Positions 40,317-47,200 of a DNA stretch of 64,000 nt are shown one piece after another. Below the pieces are notes generated by a model. That model saw only the letters and a program-made list of their open reading frames with translations. It ran no database searches and was not told the DNA's origin. The DNA is taken from contig JAJEIP010000088.1 of NCBI GenBank assembly GCA_022827885.1, positions 25,009 through 89,008 on the forward strand, read 5' to 3'. How positions within the stretch are numbered: the stretch's first letter is position 1; the number at the start of each line of letters is the position of its first letter. Made by a program: the position numbers and the translations under genes. The stretch is from Candidatus Poribacteria bacterium (lineage in GTDB: Bacteria > Poribacteria > WGA-4E > WGA-3G).

Positions 40317-41433
40317 ATGGCATTACGCGCAGGGATTGTCGGGTGTGGCGGGATTAGCCGAAGCCACGCGGGCGCGCACGCAAACTTGGAAGGCGTCGAT
40401 CTCGTCGCGATGTGTGACATAAACCAAGATGCGCTCAACAGCCGCGCCGACGAATACGGTGTTTCAAACCGATATACCGATTACGAAGAGATGTTCGCAC
40501 GCGAGGGACTCGATATCGTAAGTGTGTGCACACGCACCGTTACACGCACCGGTTGCGATTGCTGCCGCGAAAGAAGGTATCCACGTTTTATGTGAGAAAC
40601 CGTTGTCCGTTGATTTGGAAATGGCAGACCAGATGCGCACAGCATGTCGTGAGGCAGGTGTGCACTTGGCGGTGAGTCATCAGTTCCGATTTACCCCGCT
40701 TTTTCGGCACGCGAAATCTCTGGTCGATGCCGGTAAAATTGGAGAACTCCGTTCGATTCGTGAAGTCGGCAAAGGACGTGAAGCCGGATTCGAGTTGATG
40801 GAGATGGGGGTCCACTATTTTGATGAGATGGATTTTTTCTTAGACGGTATCTCTTGGATTCAGGCGCATATCACATATCAGGGACACGATGTGACGGAAG
40901 CGGACATTATGCACAGCAGCGAATTGTGCAAAACCGACCGACGCGACAACGGTATCGTTGCCGGAGATACAATGCTCGTGCATATCGGTGGTGGAAACAG
41001 TGCCTACGGTATCATGGAACTTTATTGCCGCGAACCCAGACACGGGTGGATGATGGGACCGCATCTGCTCGGTTCAGAGGGGCAATTGATGGTAAAACCG
41101 CACCCAGACACCGGTATAGATGAAATGTGGTACTGTCCGTTTGATGTCTCTTTTGCAGCGCATACACCCGCATGGGAACAGATAGAACTTGACCCATCAG
41201 CGTTTCTGATCTCCGGAAAATCGTGGCAGTCGCGCCACACCATCTGGAGCGCAAAAAATATGCGAGACGCAATTCTTAACGAAAACCAACCAGAACTCGG
41301 TGGATGTAACGCCCTGACTTCCCTTGAGTGTGTCAGCGCAACCTACGTCTCCCATTTCAGTGGGAAAAAGGTACAACTGCCGTTAGAGGAGCGGAGTCAT
41401 CCGCTTGTGACACGTCTTGAGGAGAAAAAATGA
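40317..41433 (+). pseudogene. Gfo/Idh/MocA family oxidoreductase interrupted by a +1 frameshift near 40530-40536
   Basis: ORF 40317-40595 carries the Rossmann N-terminus (GIVGCGGISRSH). ORF 40522-41433 continues with PLHAPVAIAAAKEGIHVLCEKPL. Skipping one nt after codon ACA (40530-40532) joins them as DIVSVCT-APLHAPVAI. Confidence 0.7.
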
Positions 41434-42278
41434 AACTTGCCTTTTTTAATGATTATCAGCTCGGTGTAATAACAGAAGATGGAATCGTTGACATCGGCGG
41501 AGCACTCAGTAGTGTTTCCTACCATACGCCACAAGAACTCATACGAACGGTGATTGAGGATTTTGATAATCTACGTCCGACAATAGAGGAAGCAGTCGAA
41601 AATGGCACTGCTACCGCTTTGGATGATGTCAGTTTTCAAGCATCCGTCCCGCGTCCGGGACAACTCGTCTGCCTTGCCGGCAATTACATTGAGCCAGATA
41701 GTCCGTCGCGCGGGGATTTCAATGCCTTTCTGAAGTCACCGACCGGCATCATTGCTACGAAAGCAACAGTAGACCTACCAGAGGCTGATGTGACCGTGTT
41801 TCACTTTGAACCGGAATTAGCCATTGTGATTGGTAAGACGGCGAAACATCTTTCCGAAGAGAACGCCTTGGACTGTGTGTTTGGTTACACGCAATTTATT
41901 GATGTTTCCGCGCGGGGGTTACCAGGCGGGTTCTTCTTGGGAAAAAGCTGGCACACGTTTGCACCGATGGGTCCAGCGATCGTTACTGCTGATGAAGTGG
42001 CTGACGGGAACGCACTCGGCGTGCAACTCTGGATTAACGACGGACTTCAGCATGATTTCTCTACAAATTCCATGGCACGCTTTATCCCTGAATTGCTCGC
42101 AGAGGTGACCAATGTGGTAACGTTGGAACCGGGTGATGTTGTATCGACAGGGACGCACCATGAGGCACTCACCGCAATTGGAGACGGAGACACGGTAAAG
42201 TTATCCGTAGAAGGTTTCGGTCCAGCGCTAACCGTTCGTGTGAGCGACCCACTCAAGCGGACGACTTGGCGCGGTTAG
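41430..42278 (+). CDS. Fumarylacetoacetate hydrolase (FAH) family protein
   Basis: GNYIEP..., FEPELAIVIGK and TGTH...GD motifs. 4-nt overlap with the upstream gene. Confidence 0.7.
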   Translation: MKLAFFNDYQLGVITEDGIVDIGGALSSVSYHTPQELIRTVIEDFDNLRPTIEEAVENGTATALDDVSFQASVPRPGQLVCLAGNYIEPDSPSRGDFNAFLKSPTGIIATKATVDLPEADVTVFHFEPELAIVIGKTAKHLSEENALDCVFGYTQFIDVSARGLPGGFFLGKSWHTFAPMGPAIVTADEVADGNALGVQLWINDGLQHDFSTNSMARFIPELLAEVTNVVTLEPGDVVSTGTHHEALTAIGDGDTVKLSVEGFGPALTVRVSDPLKRTTWRG

Positions 42279-42324
42279 GATATTTATGACGCAGGTTTTT
42301 GTTTACAGTCCCTGCAAAAAAGTG

Positions 42325-42354
42325 TTGACAACTGCTCCAATTTGTGTGTATAAT
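42325..42354 (+). promoter_or_regulatory. Near-consensus sigma70 promoter (TTGACA-18-TATAAT)
   Basis: Hexamers at 42325-42330 and 42349-42354, about 150 nt upstream of the lipoprotein start. Confidence 0.55.
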
Positions 42355-42508
42355 AATCTAAGGTATGATTTAGAGGCTTCCCTCTAACCACGAAATCCTT
42401 CTTCTAATAGAAATCGCAAGTTTTGGCTTGCCGGCTGCGTTACTTTCAACAGTAAAATTTAGCGCGATCCGAAATGAGAGCCTTCTTGACCATAAGGAGA
42501 CAGAATTA

Positions 42509-43471
42509 ATGAAAAAACCCAGGATTTTCAACAGCAAGTTTTGGCTTGCCAGCGTCGCCAAAAAAGCCGTGCCTGTTGTCCTCGCGATTGTCTGCGCGTG
42601 GATAGCGGGATGTGCTGGCTGTAATCCGGAACCGATACCGAGTGGAATGAGTCCTACAGAGGGACCCGAAACCGGTGGGACGACTGTCCAGATTACTGGC
42701 GAAAAATTTGATATGAAAAACGGCGTAACCGTGACGTTCGGTGGAAAAAATGCGCAAAGTGTAACCGTCCCAAGTGAAATGCAGATCACGGCAGTAACTC
42801 CGGGTGGCATGGCAGGAGAATCTGTGTCCATCGTTGTTACCAATAAGGGTAAACCGGAAGTACCGGTCACACTTTCACAGAGATTTACTTACACGGACGC
42901 GACCCCGCCGACGGTGACAATGAACGAGCCTGTAGATGGCACGGTTATCTCTGAATACGAGAATTCCTTGAATGTGATGGATAGCCTGTCGGTCTCCTTC
43001 AGCGAACCGATTGACAGCAACAGCGTGGTCGTGGATGTGACGGTTACGAAAACGGAAGATTCGATGAGTGAACCGATGAACGCGACGCTGTCTGGGACAG
43101 TGACAGGAAGTGGCGATTCTGTGACGTTTACATCCGATATGCCGATGCGCGCCGGACGTATGTACACTGCCACCGTCTCCGGTGCTACCGATATGGCGGG
43201 CAATGCCCTCGAAAGTTCGCACAGTTTCAGTTTCAGCATCACCAGCCCTGAAGTACTCGACAGATACCGTGTGAAGGAAGAGGATATTCAGGAAGAGAAC
43301 GGCGAAGCGGCACTCAAGCGCATCGCTTCGCGTCCTGAGATTTTTGATGACGCGGAGATGTGGAAACGATTGGTCGCCGCGAACCAAGACGATTATATCT
43401 TTGATCGGAGAAAACTGAGCGTGGGACAACTGTTATTGATTCCACGTGGGCGCGCTTGGGGCGATAAGTAG
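42509..43471 (+). CDS. Lipoprotein with IPT/TIG domain, Ig-like domain and LysM-like C-terminus
   Basis: AAGGAG precedes the ATG at 42509. Lipobox WIAGC. SPTEGPETGGTTVQITGEKF...VTFGG is IPT/TIG-like. The C-terminal ...LSVGQLLLIPRG is LysM-like. Confidence 0.55.
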   Translation: MKKPRIFNSKFWLASVAKKAVPVVLAIVCAWIAGCAGCNPEPIPSGMSPTEGPETGGTTVQITGEKFDMKNGVTVTFGGKNAQSVTVPSEMQITAVTPGGMAGESVSIVVTNKGKPEVPVTLSQRFTYTDATPPTVTMNEPVDGTVISEYENSLNVMDSLSVSFSEPIDSNSVVVDVTVTKTEDSMSEPMNATLSGTVTGSGDSVTFTSDMPMRAGRMYTATVSGATDMAGNALESSHSFSFSITSPEVLDRYRVKEEDIQEENGEAALKRIASRPEIFDDAEMWKRLVAANQDDYIFDRRKLSVGQLLLIPRGRAWGDK

Positions 43472-43503
43472 TCCTAAACGAACCGCAAGGAAAGCTTAAA
43501 AAA
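43472..43503 (+). promoter_or_regulatory. Conserved leader motif, vestigial copy E (tcctaaACGAACCGCAAGGAAAgcTTAAAAAATc)
   Basis: Starts right after the stop codon of the lipoprotein gene. The ATG position reads ATC and a terminator follows. Confidence 0.45.
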
Positions 43504-43506
43504 TCG

Positions 43507-43537
43507 AAAAGCCGTGTACCCGCTGCACGGCTTTTTT
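43507..43537 (+). terminator. Rho-independent terminator
   Basis: gccgtg (43511-43516) / cacggc (43526-43531) stem followed by T6. Confidence 0.7.
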
Positions 43538-43557
43538 GTTTAGTGAAAGAGGAAATT

Positions 43558-45318
43558 ATGTTTGGTCCGCAAAGAGATTTTAAGAACCGTATCACCGAGC
43601 ACCGAAGCAATTTAGTGGGTATAAAACACCTTCACCGATTAAATCTACCGCTTACGAACCCGTCGCGACCCAAACCGAATCAACCGATTGACATTTATGT
43701 TACAACTTCTGGCGGTGTCCCCTATGATTCGGTTCGCTGTTGGGTGGATGTAGCTGGTCAGGAATCTACGTTTGAACTCGCCTCGAGTGGGTCGGTATGG
43801 AACACACTTGAATGGCGATATGTGCGCCACTGGCATGGACAAATTCCACCACAATCCAGCGGGACGGTCGTCCACTATAGAATTGGTGGACGCGTCGTGG
43901 GATCAGATGGATGGATCTTTGCGGATAACCAAGCGCGGGTGTTCTCCGAAGCAACCGAATTCGGCCTCTCTATTGACGATTACGACGTGCCGAAGTGGGT
44001 CCGCGATGCCGTTATCTATCACATCTTTCTTGATCGATTCTATCCAGGAGACGGTGTGCAGTGGAAGAAACCGACAAATCTCTCTGGGTTTTTCGGTGGA
44101 ACGCTCCGGGGCGCAATTCAGAAACTTGACTACATTCAATCGCTTGGATGCAATGCAATCTGGCTTTCACCCCTCTTTGCAAGTCCATCTCACCACGGCT
44201 ACGATGCGACAGATTATTATACCGTTGAACCTCGATTCGGCACGAACGCAGAACTGATAGAACTCATTAACGAAGCACATCAACGTGGCATACGGATTAT
44301 TCTCGATTTTGTTGCCAACCATTGGTCGAACCACCATCCGACGTTTCAAGCGGCGCAGCGGGACCCAGACAGTGAGTATCGAGCGTGGTACACATGGCAG
44401 CGCTGGCCCGATGAATACGCAAGTTTCTTCACTGTGAAGGGAATGCCACAACTGAACTTAAAACACAAACCCGCGAGCGATTATTTATTGAAGTGTGCAC
44501 AGCATTGGCTTCAGCAAGGTGTTGATGGATATCGGCTCGACTACGCACCAGGACCGCCACGGACGTTCTGGGCAGATTTTCGCCGAGCTTGTAAAGCCGT
44601 GAAGCCTGACGCTTTTCTGTTCGGGGAAGTCGTGAGTCATTCCGAAGTCATCGCGTCCTATATTCCACATTTTGATGGGTGCCTCGATTTCCTGCTTGCG
44701 GATGCCCTCCGACGAACGTTTGTCCTTGAAACTTCGACACTGCTGGAATTTGAAGCGTTTTTAGCATCGCATGAGACATACTTTCCAGACGACTTTTCAC
44801 TTCCAGCGTTTCTGGATAACCACGATATGACGCGTATCCTCTATTTGGCAAGGGAAGATGAGGCGAAAGTCAAATTGGCGGCATTGGTGCTCTTCACACT
44901 TCCCGCACCGCCTGTAATGTACAATGGAACCGAAGTCGGCGTTTCGCAAAGGAACCCACTTGGGTGGTTTGAGGAGGCGCGGTTACCGATGCCGTGGGCG
45001 GATGAAGCAGACAACGACCTGTTGAATTATTTCCGACGCTTGGGAGCGTTACGGAACCAGTTTCCAGGACTTACTTCTGGTAGGCGACAAGTTGTTCATT
45101 TGAACGTTCAAAAGGGGACTTACGCGTATCTACGCACTTCAGAAACGGATTCTATCCTAATCGCATTCAATACGGGGCGATGTTCTCAAACGATAGATGT
45201 TCCGGTTTCGGCGTTTCAAATTTCTGCGAAGGACCTGCTCAATGGAAATCGAGTGACAGTCTCAGAAGATACCGTAAGCGTTTCACTGCCAGCGCAAAGC
45301 GGAGCGTTTGTCGTCTGA
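43558..45318 (+). CDS. GH13 alpha-amylase family glycoside hydrolase
   Basis: The conserved GH13 regions are present: DAVIYHIFLDRF, GIRIILDFVANH, GVDGYRLDYA, FLFGEV and FLDNHDMTR. Confidence 0.8.
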   Translation: MFGPQRDFKNRITEHRSNLVGIKHLHRLNLPLTNPSRPKPNQPIDIYVTTSGGVPYDSVRCWVDVAGQESTFELASSGSVWNTLEWRYVRHWHGQIPPQSSGTVVHYRIGGRVVGSDGWIFADNQARVFSEATEFGLSIDDYDVPKWVRDAVIYHIFLDRFYPGDGVQWKKPTNLSGFFGGTLRGAIQKLDYIQSLGCNAIWLSPLFASPSHHGYDATDYYTVEPRFGTNAELIELINEAHQRGIRIILDFVANHWSNHHPTFQAAQRDPDSEYRAWYTWQRWPDEYASFFTVKGMPQLNLKHKPASDYLLKCAQHWLQQGVDGYRLDYAPGPPRTFWADFRRACKAVKPDAFLFGEVVSHSEVIASYIPHFDGCLDFLLADALRRTFVLETSTLLEFEAFLASHETYFPDDFSLPAFLDNHDMTRILYLAREDEAKVKLAALVLFTLPAPPVMYNGTEVGVSQRNPLGWFEEARLPMPWADEADNDLLNYFRRLGALRNQFPGLTSGRRQVVHLNVQKGTYAYLRTSETDSILIAFNTGRCSQTIDVPVSAFQISAKDLLNGNRVTVSEDTVSVSLPAQSGAFVV

Positions 45319-45335
45319 GGTTTAGGTGAAAAAGT

Positions 45336-45382
45336 AAAAAGGGGACCGACAGCTACAGAATGCTGTTCTCGGTCCCCTTTTT
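45336..45382. terminator. Bidirectional rho-independent terminator between convergent genes
   Basis: A5-ggggaccga (45341-45349) ... tcggtcccc (45369-45377)-T5. Confidence 0.7.
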
Positions 45383-45404
45383 GTGGGTGTGTTATGAGAT
45401 GTGA

Positions 45405-46253
45405 CTATTGGGCATCACCGGCACCATTTCCATTACCGGCATGATCACCATCACCAGCTCCGTTGCCATTACCGGTACCATTTCCATTACCAGCATCAGC
45501 CTCAGGCATTTCAGGTGTTTCAGGCATCTCGGGCATTTCAGGCATTTCAGGTGTTTCACCAGCACCTTCAGGCATTTCAGGCATTTCAGGTGTTTCAGGC
45601 ATCTCAGACATTTCAGGCATTTCAGGCATGGAGAGTGAGACGAAGACACTGTCGTTTGTGGCTTTGGCGTGGCAACCGTGACAACCGTTGCCTTCATGTC
45701 CTGGAACGTGAGATCCCGCCTTCAGCTCGGGCGTGCCATCACTGGAAAGAAAATATTTGGCATACATCCACCCATTGTGGCCCGCATACATCGGATCGTC
45801 GTCTTTCATCATTACAGCAACTTTATCGACAGATGTTTCGGTCTCATCCATAATTGCTTTGACAATTATGGTCCCAACGGGATATTCTGTTGCTCCTGCC
45901 TTGTTCGCCATAGCACCGACCTCGTTGATATAGACCGTGCGTGAGGTAAAAACATCGCTGCCTGGATTGTGAGCTGCCCCGGTTCCCGCAGCATTCCCGG
46001 CTGCAGCAGCCTCTGCTACGGTCATCGTTGGTGCTGGAAGCGCGACATGCGCCCACGACATATACATTGTCGGGTCCAGCAGCTTCGTCATATCCATCAT
46101 CATGTCTGTTGACATGTCATCGCTTGTCGTCATGTCATCGTCTGTCATCATATCGTCAGCGGCTGGTTCTAACATTTTTTGCGCGCGCTCACAAGATACG
46201 AAAGCGACACAGGCGATCAAAATCGCAATCAAAGCGATTTGGGGTTTTAACAT
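45405..46253 (-). CDS. Lipoprotein: Met/Asp-rich linker + cytochrome P460-like heme domain (CHGCH) + (P-E-M)n repeats + Gly/Asn-rich tail
   Basis: Lipobox AFVSC. PVGTIIVKAI...GWMYAKY...GNGCHGCHAKATNDSVFV fits the P460 family with a C-terminal CxxCH. AAGGAG lies upstream. Confidence 0.6.
   Translation of the reverse strand: MLKPQIALIAILIACVAFVSCERAQKMLEPAADDMMTDDDMTTSDDMSTDMMMDMTKLLDPTMYMSWAHVALPAPTMTVAEAAAAGNAAGTGAAHNPGSDVFTSRTVYINEVGAMANKAGATEYPVGTIIVKAIMDETETSVDKVAVMMKDDDPMYAGHNGWMYAKYFLSSDGTPELKAGSHVPGHEGNGCHGCHAKATNDSVFVSLSMPEMPEMSEMPETPEMPEMPEGAGETPEMPEMPEMPETPEMPEADAGNGNGTGNGNGAGDGDHAGNGNGAGDAQ
45501..45629 (-). repeat. In-frame 9-bp tandem repeat (ttcaggcat and variants) encoding PEM/PET/SEM units
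   Basis: Read directly. About 14 units with one short interruption. Confidence 0.85.
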
Positions 46254-46378
46254 TATTAAATATACTCCTTGTCTATTAAAATAAGAATCAACGAAGAGTT
46301 GCAGGCTTTTAAGTGATAAAGTTTATCCATTGTATTCTGTTACTCTTCGAGTTCATCTATTACACAACTTCACTTTAA

Positions 46379-46407
46379 ATAATACGATATTTCGCTTTAA
46401 TTTTCAA
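46379..46407 (-). promoter_or_regulatory. Sigma70 promoter (minus strand TTGAAA-17-TATTAT) of the P460 lipoprotein gene
   Basis: -35 at 46402-46407 and -10 at 46379-46384. Homologous to the promoter at 47136-47164. Confidence 0.6.
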
Positions 46408-46550
46408 TAAAAATATATCGTAGCGGATCGCTATTCGGAGACTGATCCTACTGAACGTAAGTTCTATATAAAAATTTAGAACGCATAGGTTGGCTTAAAA
46501 TGAGACGCAGCATGTTCGACAATCGAGGGATGGTGGAGTGTTGGACAACG

Positions 46551-46596
46551 AAAAGGAGACCAGCAACCATAGTATACAGTTACTGGTCTCTTTTTT
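46551..46596 (-). terminator. Rho-independent terminator after the Met/Asp-repeat gene
   Basis: gagaccag (46556-46563) / ctggtctc (46583-46590) flanked by A- and T-tracts. Confidence 0.7.
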
Positions 46597-46619
46597 AGAA
46601 ATATTGTGAAATGGACTTA

Positions 46620-46979
46620 TTAGGCATCATCCTCCATATCCTCTTCCATGTCCTCTTCCATGTCCTCTTCCATCATGCCGTCGTCCATGGTGTCATCCAT
46701 CATGCCGTCATCCATCATGCCGTCGTCCATCATGGTGTCATCCATCATGGTGTCATCCATCATGGTGTCGTCCATCATGGTGTCGTCCATCATGGTGTCA
46801 TCCATCATGGTGTCATCCATCATGGTGTCATCCATCATGGTGTCGTCCATCTTTTCCGAATCGCTGTCTGCCATCATATCATCCGTAACCGGTGTCATGA
46901 TCTGCTGTGCTCTGTCACAAGATACAAAGGCGAAACAAGCGACCAAAACGGCAATTAAAATCATCTGAAATTTTAACAT
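46620..46979 (-). CDS. Small lipoprotein made almost entirely of Met/Asp(Glu) repeats (MDDTM x8, MDDGM, MEED x3)
   Basis: Signal peptide and lipobox MLKFQMILIAVLVACFAFVSC are homologous to those of the 45405-46253 gene. AAGGAG lies 8 nt before the ATG. Confidence 0.7.
   Translation of the reverse strand: MLKFQMILIAVLVACFAFVSCDRAQQIMTPVTDDMMADSDSEKMDDTMMDDTMMDDTMMDDTMMDDTMMDDTMMDDTMMDDTMMDDGMMDDGMMDDTMDDGMMEEDMEEDMEEDMEDDA
46635..46850 (-). repeat. In-frame tandem repeats: 12-bp unit x3 (46635-46670), then 15-bp unit catcatggtgtc(a/g)tc x~12 (46671-46850)
   Basis: Read directly. Eight consecutive near-identical 15-mers at 46728-46847. Confidence 0.9.
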
Positions 46980-47135
46980 TGTTAGTGCTCCTTATACTGT
47001 AGACTTCCTTATTTCTATATTCTGAAGTCAGTAGTTACGGAAAAGTCACAAATCTCATAGTGCGGCTTGAAAACAATAAAGTTTATTCAGGTTAAATGTG
47101 ACTCTCCACATCTATTGACCATACAATTTGGGTAA

Positions 47136-47164
47136 ATTATACTATTTTTTACTTTAATTTTCAA
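47136..47164 (-). promoter_or_regulatory. Consensus-like sigma70 promoter (minus strand TTGAAA-17-TATAAT)
   Basis: -35 at 47159-47164 and -10 at 47136-47141, about 150 nt upstream of the start at 46979. Confidence 0.65.
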
Positions 47165-47200
47165 CAAAAAAACGCGGAAGTCATAATTTGGAAGTTGCCT

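Noticed and set aside
42370-42870. Minus-strand 166-aa ORF overlapping the IPT/TIG lipoprotein gene and its leader
   Set aside because: It has no RBS or domain signal. The plus-strand gene has a promoter, an RBS, a lipobox and recognisable domains.
45401-45944. Several plus-strand ORFs (150, 76, 72 and 91 aa) with H/F/Q-rich or SGISG repeats
   Set aside because: These are antisense or alternative-frame translations of the 9-bp PEM repeat and the P460 domain region of the minus-strand gene. They have no start context.
45501-46850. Tandem repeats considered as a possible CRISPR array or minisatellite
   Set aside because: The units are 9, 12 and 15 bp, contiguous with no spacers, in frame, and inside ORFs. 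They are coding repeats, not CRISPR.
46611-46958. Plus-strand 115-aa ORF rich in His (HHGVIHHGVV repeats), which looks like a metal-binding protein
   Set aside because: It is the antisense reading of the Met/Asp repeat gene. It has no RBS and starts inside the terminator region. The minus-strand ORF has an AAGGAG site, a lipoprotein signal peptide homologous to its neighbour's, and its own promoter and terminator.
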